From contig CM022669.1 in the NCBI GenBank assembly GCA_012295275.1, positions 11,036,001 to 11,100,000 on the forward strand: a DNA stretch of 64,000 nucleotides, written 5' to 3'. A model generated the notes under the pieces. It ran no database searches and was not told the origin of the DNA. It was given only the letters and a program-made list of their open reading frames with translations. The DNA is from Chrysomallon squamiferum (Eukaryota > Animalia > Mollusca). Both the position numbers and the translations under genes were made by a program. Below are positions 1 to 14,711 of this stretch, in pieces (position 1 is the stretch's first letter; every line of letters starts with the position of its first letter).

Positions 1-1464
1 TATACATGAATAATATTTTTTAATATCAAAATAAATGTCTGAAACAAAAATTCTGTTTTAAAATATTTTCTATTTGGTGCTGAATATTCAAACCTGCATT
101 AAAATGATTTGTTATTTTATTTTTGTTGATAAATTTATATAGTAATCTTGGTGAATAACTAAATTAACACTTTTAGAATTAAACAGCACACAGTGAATCA
201 ACTACATCAACAAAAATGTGTGCTGAAAATCAAAACTTCTTTATGTTACAATCTCACTTGAGCTTATTTATCATATCACCGTAAATAAAAAATATTTCAT
301 TAAATAAAAGAAATTTACAGTTTTCAGTTATTTCTTTCAAATCTGTACTTGCTGAGATTTGTCCCAAAAAAAAAAAGGCTTCATTAGACTTTTAATGGCA
401 ATATAATATATTTTTTATAAATTAAATTCAAAATAATTTTCCCACATTTTGTTTTTAAAAATTATTAATATAATAAATTTGAAAATTATACTAATTTTAA
501 AAATTCAACAGGTGTGAAATTAAAGTGAAAAACCAAACAAGAGACACAGTGATGGGTAAAAGCACATTATTTTACAGAATTAAAACATATATTTAAGAGA
601 ACAAAATAGGGTTTAGTTCTTGTTTTAATTGAATACTGAAATATAATAGTATATAGAAAATGAAAGTCACAGTAAGTGCAGAAATTGTTAACCAAGACAA
701 TAATAGTAAATATTTCTGTATAACTTTTGAATTTTTTTACATTAACAGGAAAAAAAATAAAAAAAGGAAATTAGTATTTTAAAGCTATATATTTGAGTGA
801 ATGTACTAAATGAAAATTTGGTTGTATTCAGTTTTTGCTTATAAATCAGAAATATTCTAACACTCTCCTATTTTTAGAAATAATTAAAATAATAAAAATA
901 TCAAATTTATTTTCAGAATCCATTTCAAATAATAACAGTTAATGCTGAAAGAAAATAGTTAACTTTTGAAACCTAATCCAATTTTATTTTCCATTTTAGC
1001 TTTAACTTCTTTTTTTTATTTTATGTCATGTACACAGTCAAACCATGGTAAACTTACTTTGTTTTTCACCTACAAATAAAATAATATTTATTCAAAAAAG
1101 TAATGAATTTGTTTTTACTCTCCCAATTCAGGTTTCAGCAAACAGTAATAAAATGTGAAACGCACACAACTTTATATAAGAATTACCATCTCAAGTTTAC
1201 CAAAAGATAGAAAAAAGGAATTTTATGAAACTATTTCCTATCAACTTTTAAAATCCAGTTTTAAATAATAACACTGCAAATGTAGCATTCCTTAAGAACA
1301 ATGCTTTGTGGGTTGTGGTTTTTTTTCATAATCTTGTTTTTTGTACATGTTAAAATATTTTCCAGTCCAGCTTTTAAGACAAAAAACAAAAACAAGCTGG
1401 ATGTGGAAAAGAAAACAAATGTAGAGCTTTTTCCAGAGGGAAAGAGAAAGCATTATACACAGAG

Positions 1465-1509
<45 letters not shown>

Positions 1510-1619
1510 GGGTTTTTTTGTTTTTGTTTTTTTAATTTAATTTTATTTTATTTTATTTAATTTTATTTAATTTTTTTTTTTTTTATTATTATTATTTTTT
1601 TTTATTTAAAGCTACCCAC

Positions 1620-4600
1620 CATCATCTGTGTGAATCTGTGTGATGGTTTGTATACTTTGTTGTAGCTGTTTCAGAGCAGGTTTCACACTCTTCACCTAAA
1701 ACAAAAATTATAAAATTAATTTTATCTGGAGGATAAGGAAGAAAAAAAAAATGTCAGCTTTGCCGATCAACAATTTAAAAGTATTGAGATGAAGATGATT
1801 TACATCAGTGACGTAATTTATAAAATACAGCAAACATCTGATTTATGTGAATTATTTTGCTGATTAAACTAAACTCAATTTTAGTAATGCTAAGTGTAGT
1901 AAAAAAACAAAAACAGTTACAAATATTCAACTAACAGTTTTTATGGTGAATATTATATTATAAGCAATTAATTGCACAAATTGTATAAATGCTTGAAAAT
2001 ATTAATAAACCTATTGAGCCTTGATTATAAATCATTTAGTATTATTACACAGATTATGAAAAATATTTCAAATAATCCAATTATATAATCATCTAATTAA
2101 CACTGAATTTAAAAGTGTATTACAAACAAACAGAACAGAATGGATTGTGAGGCATATTGTTGAGAACATGAATTCTAAGTGAATTTCTACAAACCTGGCC
2201 TGACATCAAATAGTGACAGACTTGTAGAACAAGGAAAAACACTTTCAGTGATTCTTTGTGGACTGGGGATCCCTGAAATTCCTCTATCAGTCCACCAACA
2301 TTGGGCAGAGTCTCCTCAACCTCTTGCATCTTCTTGTCTATCAGCAACAGCTGAAATTAAAAACAGAATATTACAGAACCCCATAATAATTACGGCATTT
2401 GTAATTTTATTTTCTTCACCAAAACTTCATTCTAATAATGAGATGCTAAGTCAAGAAAATATTGTACTTTCAGACTTGTTATTTATTTATTTGTTGGTCT
2501 GTTTGTTTGTTTATTTAATGGCATTTCAAATAATGCATTTAGTATTAAAATTATACTGAATTTTTTTTATGATCATGCAATAATATACTACATCTAACAG
2601 TGGCATTAACTTTAATAAGAAATCACTTTTTCTTCAGATATATATTCACGTCGCTATTCAAAATTTGTATCAGCCTTCAATGAATACATAACATAACCTC
2701 AGACAAGAGGATTCTAATTTTTACACAGAGATTCAACACCAATGACATAATAAAGTCTGCCAGATACAAAACTTTGGTTCATTCCACCTGTTCAAAAATG
2801 AGCTGTAACAAACCATTATCTCCAAAACAAAAAATGACGAAATCAAAATTTTTATCTATACTTAAAGATAGAAGCATATTATCTTAGGTCTGCAGTGGTT
2901 ATTACCATTCCCTTTGCTAGCAGAAACAGAATTCTTGTGTACTGAGAATTTGATACCCTGGCAAAGTCTGCCCCAACACCCAACAAACTGCAGGCTGATA
3001 ATGCATCTTTCTCTAAAGCAAATATTTGCTGCAAACAAACAAAAAATAATAATATAATAATTACAGCAAATAATGTAGTATTATTAACAATCTGTGTTCA
3101 GTAAAATCAAAGTCTGACATACATTCAATTTTGTCTAAATAAATCTAAAATATCAGTTAAAAGTTTGTTATTTTTTGGGACAGCTTAACAAAAGTAATTA
3201 AAATCATGAAAAAAAACCACAACAATTATTATAAAATTAAATTATTTATTTATTTATTTTTCACAAAAAATGACATTTACAGATTATATGACTACCAACA
3301 TTATCCATGACTCATAAAAGAAGTGTAACGTGTAAGATAAATAAATCTACAAATGTGAAATGGGTTTGGTTTAGTCATACTCACAGCCAGCTGAAAAAGA
3401 AGTCGACAGTGCCAGTATGGCTTGTTGTGACATTTCAATGGCTCGGTGTAGAATTGGTTTAGCAAGATTAATGTGATGCTGAAATATTTAATATTGAGAG
3501 ATCTGGTATGTATACATGTGTACTAACATATGTATGTATATTATTATTACGTTTTTAACTCAGTATGAAACACATAAATTTATATATATATAAAAAAAAA
3601 CATGTTCATTTATGTATAGTTCATCATTATTCATTTACTGTTGTGCATGCTATAAATTTAATAACTATAATTATGTTTTATTCTTTTAAAAATACAAAGA
3701 GTTTACATCTAAGAGTTATAACAGTCACATTCATCAAAGAATCCTGTTCAATATCTCTCTCTCTCACACACACACACACACTCACACGCACACACACACA
3801 CAGAAACATACAAAGTCATAAGAAAAATGCACGTTGTGGATTACCTGTGTTTCATACAGCTTGGCAAGAACACTTGCTGATTCAAAGAGGACATCATCAT
3901 TGGATGTGAGCTTGTCTTGTTAAGGATTATTTGGTGTTATATTTTATAATGATTAATACAAAAGAGATACTGTTAATTATCTTAAACTTATTATAGCATC
4001 AACAGTATTTTGTCTTTTACATACATGCACATACACACAGATATACACACATACACAGATACAAACACACAAACAGGTTTTTTAAATTACATATAAAATG
4101 ATATTTCTTAAAGCGTATTAACTTCTAATAGTAGTATTATGAGTTTAATCATGAGTATTATATTACCAACCTCCAAAAACAGATTCAATACAAATTGCTG
4201 TAACAAGACATGTTTTAAATAGTATAAGCCTATATATATATTAAAAAAACACAAAACTGCTGAAATCACACCTACAGAAATGTGAAATGTCACTTCTACC
4301 GTAAACTTTTATAAGGATACCGTTGAGGAAATCTGCCACTGAAAAGTAAGAAGAAAATACTGTCTATAAAATTAATCGAAACACAAACGTGAAAAATATA
4401 GTTACCACAATCATATAATGAATCAAATATAATAATAACTGAAATGTAATTGAACCTACCGCCTTTTCCAAATGAGTTCGGGCCAACTCGATATTCTTCG
4501 TATGGGTAAGCAAGATATTTCCCAATTGCAGGTGCGTCCTTGCTTCTATTTTCGGAGGAGGTTTAAACGTGAAAATTGCCTGAAGACAATGTATACAAAG

Positions 4601-4693
4601 TCGAATATTTGGAGGATTTGAGGTCCTAAAATTTTCGGCGAGCCCCAAAAGGGATAAAAACCATGGTTGTTGTTCTTCTCTTGAAGACGCCAT
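1620..4693 (-). CDS. MAU2: MAU2 cohesin loader (SCC4), coding exons 1-7; no later exon found in the window, so the gene presumably continues past the left edge
   Basis: Exons 4693-4460, 4338-4321, 3910-3845, 3478-3385, 3028-2906, 2350-2195, 1695-1620, all GT-AG. Peptides [67 protein letters not shown] and [18 protein letters not shown] match MAU2. Exon 4 carries an apparent 2-nt frameshift. Confidence 0.95.
3911..4320 (-). other. U12-type (minor spliceosome) GT-AG intron in MAU2, after an 18-nt microexon
   Basis: 5' splice site GTATCCTT at 4320-4313; branch site TCCTTAAC 8 nt before the exon start (3910). The flanking exons join in frame (WQISST|[19 protein letters not shown]). Confidence 0.9.
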
Positions 4694-5993
4694 CTTTAAT
4701 CGTACTCGCTACTGTTTACAAAAGAAAAATATTTCCTGTTTTGTGAAGAAAATTAATTTTAATAATATCATATATAAGCATTTTAATTTTATTATATAAT
4801 CACTAATATTTTGATCATGCATAATTTTCGGAATAAAATAAAATTTGTTGCAAAATTACTCCGTGAAAATTATGTAACTTCCGGTTTGGTTGAATGTCGA
4901 ATGATAAAGAACGGAGGTTAAACTTAATTGTTTTTGATATATATAAAAATCTCAATTCGAGCACAAAATGTGAATGTCTGATATTTTTATGATTATAATA
5001 ATAAACAAGACAATAGAATTATTGACTTTACAGGTATTAGGTTGCTTAAAAGAACAATAAGTGGAAATGTTTGCTAATTTTGATGATTATTTACATGACA
5101 AATAAATAACATTATAACCATTTCTTCAATTTTGTTACGGTGTTTTTCATTTTTCTTGATTACGATCAGATTTTTATTTATTTATTTATTTAGTTTTGCT
5201 GCTGTTCCTTAATTTGAAAAGATTAGATATTAATTAATGAAATTAAATGGCGTCATTTTCAATTAATATATATTATACTAATATACTATAGGTAAGTACT
5301 GGTGGATGTGTACATTATAATGGGGTAAATAACAATTACTGTCATATGTTTGACTAACAACGGTGCCACTGTAGTAATCTAATTTCCAGCGTTTCAGCAG
5401 TGAAATTAATATACAGCAAAATAATAATTCTGTAAGTAGTGAAAATACTTCAAAACTCGGTTAGTACATAAATGCAACAAACGTACATATATAGACTTCG
5501 CTATACAAAGAACGTATTCGAAATAATGCCCATAGTATTTCAGAAGCTTTGTCCGTTCAAATATAATTTCTAATGTATGTTTTCCAAACATTCCAAAGCT
5601 GTATTCACCAGATTTTAATTTCCAGTTTATATCCAGTTTCTGTATAGTATAGAGAAGAGATGTTTGTGTTCAATTATTCTCGTGCTGAGCTAAAATGTGA
5701 TATCTCTCTAAATCGGTATAATTATATTGCTGTAGCTCATATAGTGTGGCTACAGATTAGTTTTTTTTCTACAAGATGCCTAATCCGACTTAAAAGACGT
5801 AAACATCTTTCGTTCTGTGTTACAATTTGGTTCTCGAAGAACGGAAAATCGGCCTTTCAAAGACATCCTATCAAACGGAACGTCGTTCGTCAGACAACGA
5901 TAGGATTATGAAAGTATATAATAATTTATGAACTCTGAGTATTGATAAACGAACCTGGAATTTTTATCAGTAGATTAAACAATTAACATGTAT

Positions 5994-6028
<35 letters not shown>

Positions 6029-6361
6029 TTGTTTCTTTGTTAAATAAAATATCATCAGTCTTTATACGACCTTTCTTTTGTTTTGAATATATGAATTCCT
6101 GTTAAACAAGAGTAGATATCGTGAATAATAAATCGTTCCATATGATAAAAATAAATAGAAATGTTTTATTTATTCCACTCTCCTCCATACTGTAAAATAA
6201 AAAAAAATATATTTTTGCTCTTATTTAATTCTCAGTTGAGAAGAAATTCTGACGGGAGGAATTAACATGATCAACAATATGTATAACCGACGATGTAAAT
6301 GTTACGACGTGTATGTAACTTGTATAAAATTAATTATAATTATTTTGTGTCCTGTTTTAAG

Positions 6362-6538
6362 TCTAAAATTGTTAATTTAGTTATTCACCAAGATTACTAT
6401 ATAAATTTATCAACAAAAATAAAATAACAAATCATTTTAATGCAGGTTTGAATATTCAGCACCAAATAGAAAATATTTTAAAACAGAATTTTTGTTTCAG
6501 ACATTTAATTTGATATTAAAAAATATTATTCATGTATA
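6362..6538. repeat. Inverted copy of positions 1-177
   Basis: The reverse complement of 6362-6538 matches 1-177 with no indels and only a couple of substitutions. Confidence 0.9.
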
Positions 6539-7222
6539 AATGTATAATAATCAGGTTATTTTTTATTCCCCGTTTAGACTTTATTACCTGAATGTATTAT
6601 AACTTGCTTCTTGGTTACTGCCCAAAAAAAAAAAAAATCGCTGTTTTAATATAAACTATTATAATTTATAATTTTATGCTGTCAGTTGGATTAAACTAAT
6701 TTATTCTGATTTTTAATTTTTAATTTTAATTTTAATTTTAATCTTTTTTTCTTTTCTTTTTTAAATTAATTTTATTTATCATTTTTAATTTTAATTATCG
6801 TTTTTTCTCTTTTTTTTATTATTTACAGCAGGTGTACTGAGATAATGAAAATAAAATATAAACTGGATAAAAATAACAGTATTAAATAATATATTATGTG
6901 GTGACATGCTTGGTTACCCAATCGTTTCAATAAGCAGGCGACGCATTATATTTCGTGGCTGTTACGCTGTATAGCGACAAATCCAGAGAGGTCATTCCGT
7001 TTTTTAAACTTATTCAGCTGTAGTTCAGAGCAGGATTAAAATAGTGTTTATATATTATAATAAGCAACCAAAATATTAAGCATTAGTTTCATTAATTCTA
7101 CAAACTTATCAAGTTTTACAAAACTGATTTTCAAACCAGGTACCGTTTTAATTTCCGTAGACGGTCCGTTTCCAAGTTTTCATCCAATTTTTCACGTGAC
7201 TTTCACTTTAAGAACAAAAATT

Positions 7223-8603
7223 ATGGCTTTGGCTGATCGCGTTAAAGCTTTAGTTATCTTTGTCGTTGGATGTTTTGTCTCTGTTTATGTGTTGTTTTTA
7301 ATTGCAATATCCATTATAAAGAATCCAGTTTTAGTTTTTATTAAAAAGAAATACGATGAACCGCCAGATGTGTTGAACGATCCCGATCTGGGAACTCACT
7401 GTTACATTCATTTAGAGGTAAGTTTTAAAAACAAAATAAAATGAGTAACTAATGGTTGTAATTTGAATTTTTTGCCATAGTAATAATTTCATAAGATCGT
7501 TCATTTAATTATTATAATATTTTAAACAATATTAAGTCAAAAATATCAATTTAACTTACTAAAGTCAATTTAAATAGAAGAATTTGTTAATGCAGTAAGT
7601 TCAAATTGCAAAAAAAAAAAAATTATTCTGTATTTGCGAGCAAGTGAGGATCTGTGTTATAATAGTTACAGTAATAATGTTGAGATCAAGGATCATTTGA
7701 ATGGACATTATATATAGCCAATCAGTTTTATTTAGTATGCGTGTGTGTGTGCGTGCGTGTGTTAATGTTGAACTTTTATTATTAACAGTTTGATTATAGA
7801 TAATAATTATATATATATTTTGTGTGTGTGTGTGTTTTGTTAAAAAATTAAATTTAAAAAATGAGAACAATTAAGAATTTATGGTATTGAAATACACACA
7901 TACACACACATGCATAATAAAATATGTTTTGGGGCATAGATAAATATGTAACTAATCAAATATTTTATAAGTATCAGCCTTTATATAACTTTATCCAGTA
8001 GAAATTATAGGAACAGCATGTAGTCCTAATATAAGCACTTCATGGAACTAGAAAATGATTCACCCCATCATCTTTATGTTTAAAATAATAATAATAATAA
8101 TAATCTGTTGTATTATGACAAAAGAATATCTGCCTACCATAGTTATGGAAATAACTGAGTGTTAAAAAGTTTCAACACTATAAATATACCTCTTTTGGCC
8201 TTTAATCATTCTGCTTATAAATGTGTAATAATCCAGACATATTTTCTTGTTTATAAATTAGCAGTTATTCTATTAATGTTATTTTCTAAAGCATTTTGGA
8301 TGCTGTTTCAGGAAGTGAAGATCCATTATGTTGCAAGCGGCAAAGAAAATCGCCCTCTCATGTTGTTTGTTCATGGCTTTCCACACTTCTGGTACACATG
8401 GAAACATCAGATAAAAGAATTTCAAAAGGATTACAGGTTTTTAGTATTATTATTATTATTAGTATTATTATTAGTAGTAGTAGTAGTAGTAGTAGTATTG
8501 GTAAAAGTAATAGTTGTAATAGTAGTATTATCACTTTATTATTAGTAGTAGTGGTAGTAGTAGCCGTAGAAGAATAATCAGTGATTAGTCTGTATACATA
8601 TAC

Positions 8604-8637
<34 letters not shown>

Positions 8638-9457
8638 ATAGTAAAGGCACAAGTTAAGTATTTGTAAACATTAATAATGCTTACAAGTTGTGTTACTTGA
8701 TTTCACAGAATAATTAAACTTAACGTAGATAGCAAAAGAATAAAAGTAATAGCAGTAGTAGAATAATTGATGTCATTGTTATGGTAGAGTAATTAAAATG
8801 TTTGGCAATAGATTTTGAAATAACAGAAGTGGTAGAATAATCCATGTTAGGAAATGAAGTACTTAATAGTACAGTAGTAGAAAAATAAAGTTATTAATGC
8901 ACTATATGTGTCTGGGTATCTGTGTGTGTAAGCATGTACCGTTGTGTATGTGTCAGTATATGTTTATATATATTTGTGTGTGGGCATGCATATGTTCTTT
9001 ATAAACTGTTTTGTTTCTGCTGATTTCAGAGTTGTAGCAATAGATATGAGAGGTTATGGGGAATCAGACAAACCTTTAGGAGTCTGCAGTTACAGGAGAG
9101 ACAAAGTTGCCAAAGACATAAAACAGCTTATACCAGCATTAGGTAGCTTCAGCATTTTATAAATTTCTTGATATTAAAATGTTTTTCTTACCCTCTTGTT
9201 CTCTGCCTAAAATAAATCTGTACAGAACATCAGAGATAATGAAATAAAATTATGTGTATAATTTGCTTTTGAAAATCATTTAATGTTATAGGGTTGATAG
9301 TTAAAATAATATAGAGAGTGGAATTGGATGTTATGGCTGTTTAAATAATAAAATCCAATAAATTAAGAATAAATAAGCTAATCTTGTTACATTTTATTTT
9401 ATATTTCTATATTAAAATAAATTTGCTTTACAATACTAGAATAAAAATTAAAAAACC

Positions 9458-9491
<34 letters not shown>

Positions 9492-12019
9492 TTAATATTA
9501 ATAATAATAATGGTAATAATATGATTAAAAAAATAAATTAAAAGTGTGAATTTTATGTTTATCGCAGCTGTTACTGGTTTCTTGCAAATTAAAGAGAATA
9601 ACAGTTAAAAAAAATAGTAATGTTAACAATATTATTATAAAAATGTCTGACAGTTGTGCATATTGTTGTAGACTTTTAATAAATGACAAAACCAGATGTT
9701 TCATGCCAAAAATGATGCATTGTTTGGCGACTCTAATTTATTATTATTTTCGCTGATTCACAGATATGTTCAGTTTACCAATGGATCATAACATTATTTT
9801 TTTTTTTTTAAACTCTCATAAATAAAATAAGAGACAGAGAAAATGAGTGCCTGTGCATGTGTGTATATGTGTGAGGTTATGTATACTAGTTGTTTATAAC
9901 AAGTGTGTTTATGTGTAAATAATACATACACGCAGGTTTTAGTTAGCTAAAAACCAGTGGCATGCAGAGGTCTGGTGATGCCAAGGGCCAACTCCTTGAT
10001 TGTATGCCCCAAAGACTCAAGTGTATGGCCTAGTATTGAGAAATATGACATTGGAAGATATTTTGAATATGTAAACAAAGATGAAACACCAAAATAAACA
10101 CTTTAAATATAAATCAACCAAATTTATTAAGTTCTTTTCTTGAGCTGGATGCCTGGGGCTGCTGTCCCTTTGGCCCCACCCTCTGCACGCCACTGTTAGA
10201 AACACACCTGTATTAATAATCACCCTCTTTCTTTAGGCTATTGTTCCTGCATTCTTGTCGGACATGACTGGGGTGGGTCAGTGTTGGTGCATTTTGCCTC
10301 ACTCTATCCTGACATGGTGGACAAACTTGTTGTTATGGGCGTCTGTCATCCTAACGCTTTTCCAGACTACCTCAGAAGACACATTTCTCAGGTGAAAAGA
10401 TCATGGTGAGAAAACCAGAGTCGCTGTAAATTCAGTTTCCACACGGACAGAATCAGTGCATCTGACATGTCACGATTATAAAATGTTTAAAATGATTATA
10501 TTACTAAAACACGTAAATGTGTAAACTTATTATCAATGTTTTTACAAATCTATAGTTTTTTCACTATAGTGGTTATACACCAGTTCTCTCTCAGTCATTA
10601 CTTGTGAGTTGTGTTTTTGGTTTAAATTATAACATCAAATATCTGGGTTTTTTTTTAATTACAACTCAAGTTAATTAACCATTTATACAGGTATTGTCAA
10701 GTTGAAAATCTTTTAATCCACTTGATAGTGATGGCCTTTGAAACCTTTTGGTTATGATCTTACTGTTGTGAATATATATCTGACATTCTTGAATGAATTA
10801 ATATTTATTATTTGAAATTATTATGTTCTTGAATGAATTAATATTTAATGATTATTTAAAATTATTATGTACTTGAATGACTGAATATTTAATGATCACT
10901 TAAAATTATTACTTTCTTGAACGACTGAATATTAAATATTAAATGATTGTTAGGTATAGAAAACTGCAACTAAATATTCTGTTATTCTTTCTTTTCAGGT
11001 ACCTATTGGCATTTCAGCCTCCATTTGTAAGTGAACTGTATTTGACAATTGGAGACATGGTACATTTTGTGTCATCTTTGACCCAGGCGCCTTTCGGTTT
11101 ACGAGTTGCGAAACTTAGTCACGCTGACATTGAAGCTTACAAATACACATTTAGCAAAAGTTGGTATTTTCAGTTATAATTTAGTACAAAAATATATATA
11201 TATATATATATTTTTTTAATTTAATTAATATCCTGAATTATGGTTTAATAGGTTATGTCTTTAAATTTAGACAATAAGTTGATAAAATATTGAATTTTTG
11301 ATTGAATTTGGTTTTCAGTTTTTATTTCAATTAAATTTTAAGATGATTTTTTTGTGATAACCAAAAAATTTAATAGTCAAATTACATTCTATAAACTTCC
11401 ACTTTTTTTATTTTACATTAAATTTGTTTACAAAAAAATACATACTGTAACACCTTTATAAAAAAACCATGGGACCTATTTTCTTATTTTTCTGCTTTTG
11501 GGTGTAAAATATCCATTACTGACAAATCTTTTCAAGTTTGATTAATGAATATAGTATTGAATTTATGTAGATCTTACATACTATGTGTATTGATTTTATG
11601 TAGATCTTACATACTGTGTGTATTGATTTTTTGTAGATCTTACATACTATGTGTATTGATTTTATCTAGATCTTACATACTGTGTGTCCTTTTAACACTG
11701 ATGAAGTTTTTGTTCTTTGTTATTTATATGAAATGATTCTCAGTGGTTACATTTTGGGGTTTACGCAGGTGGTTTCACGGGCCCAATAAACTACTACCGA
11801 GCATCATTACAGTTGAGACCAGTCGCTCTGAGCAACATAAAGAAGCCAGTTCTGTTGGTGTGGGGTAAGCAGGACCCCGTGTTTGATGTTGAACTTGTTG
11901 AAGCCTCTGCTCGTTACTTCGACAAATTCACAGTGAAGTTCTTAGAGGAATCTGGCCACATAATGCACATGGACCAACCAGAGGAGGTTAACTGCATTAT
12001 TAGAGAGTTCTTGAAGTGA
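7223..12019 (+). CDS. EPHX4: Epoxide hydrolase 3/4-like alpha/beta hydrolase, 6 exons
   Basis: Exons 7223-7417, 8312-8436, 9030-9142, 10237-10405, 10999-11159, 11769-12019 with consistent phases. N-terminal TM segment, HGFP oxyanion motif, DMRGYGESDKP, GHDWGG nucleophile, SWY and INYYRA tyrosines, catalytic D (QDP) and H (SGH). Confidence 0.9.
9955..10195. mobile_element. Non-autonomous hAT-like MITE in EPHX intron 3
   Basis: TIRs CAGTGGCATGCAGAG ... CTCTGCACGCCACTG; imperfect 8-bp TSD ctaaaaac / ttagaaac. Confidence 0.7.
10785..10950. repeat. ~40-bp degenerate minisatellite, about 4 copies
   Basis: Recurring unit ttcttgaatgaattaatatttaatgattatttaaaattattatg. Confidence 0.7.
11555..11690. 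repeat. 33-bp minisatellite, 4 copies
   Basis: Unit tgtagatcttacatactatgtgtattgatttta; it explains the spurious ORF 11545..11736. Confidence 0.85.
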
Positions 12020-14711
12020 AAGTAACTCTGGATGAAAAATAAATTGATAAGAATAAGTTCCAGTGGACTTGTAAGGAATGTGATCAGGGTCTTGAAAGTA
12101 AACAACTTAAAATGCCTGTACATGCACCAGTGAAGTTTATATTTATTTATGTGTGCATGCATATCTGTCAGCACTTAGATGTGCTTATGCATGCACACAT
12201 GCACCAAATATGTTTATGAAAAATCAAAATTTGAAGATATTTATATTTGATTGCTTTGTATGTTATACTGTTTTTAAAAATGTTTTTAGCAAATTATTAT
12301 TATCAGAAATTGGGAACAATGTTCATTTTACTTCTGACAGATCTTTGTATTTATTTTATTGGATTTTAGCCTGGAATTGCATTTAGCTGGATTATAATAT
12401 CCTTCACTCTTTTTTGTTTTAGATAAATATGCTAGTCAGACACCTTGTTAAAAATATGTTTTAAGTCATGCACAATGTATTACATATTATATTCAGTACA
12501 AAATAACTGTCAGAATGATGTCTGATCAGGAAACAAATGATCAATACAAGATTAAAGAACAAAACAAAAACAAAACATTGAATACTATGAATTAACCATA
12601 TAAAAAGCCTTTATAAGTACTGATGAAATAATAATAAACTGAAGTAATACGTTATACCAGGTGTGACTTGAAGTAGGGAATCTCACTTTCTAGTCAGTGC
12701 AAAGTAGAATCAGTTCTGGAACAAATTGTGTAGAAACAGATGTCAGTATTATCCAATTAGACAGACATTAAGTGGGTAATATAGTAAAAACATAAATGTA
12801 ATAACAGCCTTATTTGCTTTGTCTTTTACGTTTTTATATTATGCTTTTTTACTGTTTTGTTTTTAAACAATTCTTATAATGCTCACAATGTATTATTTTT
12901 GCTCTTTGCTCAAATAAATGCCAGTTTTAAATGTAATATGCATTATTTAAGTATAATAAAAATGGTTTGTTGAGTCCCGTGTTATTGTAGCTGTTTCTTG
13001 CATTTAGCCGAATCTGAGATAAAACATTGCCTGTATTAAATTTTACAAATGACTTCACTTAAATGCAAACAAAATAATGTAGTGTGTGAGTTTGCAGAAT
13101 ATCTCTGTTATAACCATTTCCAAAACCAAAACAAAGGTAAAAAAAAAAAAAATAGTATTAAATATTCATATGAACTAAATTAAAAAATGATTTTAAAAGT
13201 TAAATTTTTTGATTACTGTTGCAGATACAACTGCCCAGTTCTTTTCAGACATCATATTGCAATAAGAAACAAATTCTACTAAATGATAGGGCTTAAGCCT
13301 AGACCACAGTTGTATGCAGAATCTATCTTTGTAAGGATTACCAACAGGCAATTTCCAAATCTTAAGCTATTCCGAGTGATTTATCAAAGACTGGTGTTTT
13401 ACTGTCAATGGGTAGGTACATATAAAAATTACATTTGTATGTTTCCTCTCTTATTTGGGTAGTCCATAACAATATAACCAGACTTTATACAAGTCCAGTA
13501 CTCCCTTCCTTGTTCAGAAATATCTAGTGTATATTCTGATGCATATCTTTATAGTGTGCTGGTAAAACTTCATTTCATGAATTCACAACAAAGTCTGCAT
13601 TTTAAAAATGAAGTATTTATGTACATACTGAATTACATATATGTTGATTTGTGCATTTATTATTTTTTTTATGTTGTCACTTGATGAATATATAATATTA
13701 AAAACAAGCAAACCAATTAATGTATGTAAATAAGTTTATTTGTTTTTAATTTCTTCAATTATAATAAAACCATATATTTGTTAATATGTCTTGTTTGTTT
13801 GTAGCAATTATACTGAGATAAGAGTGATTCACTTGGGTTCCATCAGAAACTGACATGCACAACATACTGAGTATTTGAATTTAATAATTTAAAACATAAA
13901 ACATAAAGATCTGATACTAGTACACTCACTTGCAGAAACACACACACACACACACACACACACATTCTCCATATTACACACATTCTCTCTCTCCATATTA
14001 CACACACACACTCACACACATATTATGACACAATTTCATTTAGAAGGAAATTTTCAATTACTTCCTTTCACCTGTAATTAAATACATATATTCACTGATT
14101 TTATATTAACGTGTTTCTGCAGATTTGAACAACTCATTCTTAAGAAAATAATGAGAAGTATTTAAACTATTTCATGTCATCTTGACTATGTAAATGTTCT
14201 GATACAAAGCTGTCTCTGAAAGTTCTTGAAACTGGCTGTGCTTTGGAGACTTTCAAAATGTTTTAATGGATCAATCCTGTAATACCAGCTTTTTTAAACT
14301 GCAGTGTACTGAGAAAGTAAGTTTCTCTATAAAACAACTACTGAGTATGGTTGTTGTCACATGTCACAGGTTCCCAAAACAGACGACAGGAATTTCTAAG
14401 GGGTGACAAGAACAGTTTTAAAGTGTTTCTATCTTTAAATGTTCACAACATAACAAAATGGCTGAAAATGAACACAAATGCAGACAAATTCAAGATGGGG
14501 TAGCAACCAAAAAACAAAAAAACAAAAATAAAAGATTAATTTTATTATTTACTTCTTTAAAAAAGATCATATCATTCTAAAATGTTTTTACGAAATAAAG
14601 ATCAAGCCATAAACGAACCTCTTCAATGCCCACAAAATTTAATAATGACAGCAAAAATTGCCATTTCAATACACACAGTGTCTAGAAAAGAAACACTTCA
14701 AAAGAAAAGTT

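Noticed and set aside
5247-5297. Possible small divergent exon upstream of MAU2 (ATGGCG...ag|gtaagt)
   Set aside because: It has an in-frame TAG at the donor and no downstream partner exon was found.
11545-11736. Regularly spaced repeats resembling a CRISPR array or a repeat protein
   Set aside because: Head-to-tail 33-bp minisatellite with no unique spacers, inside a eukaryotic intron.
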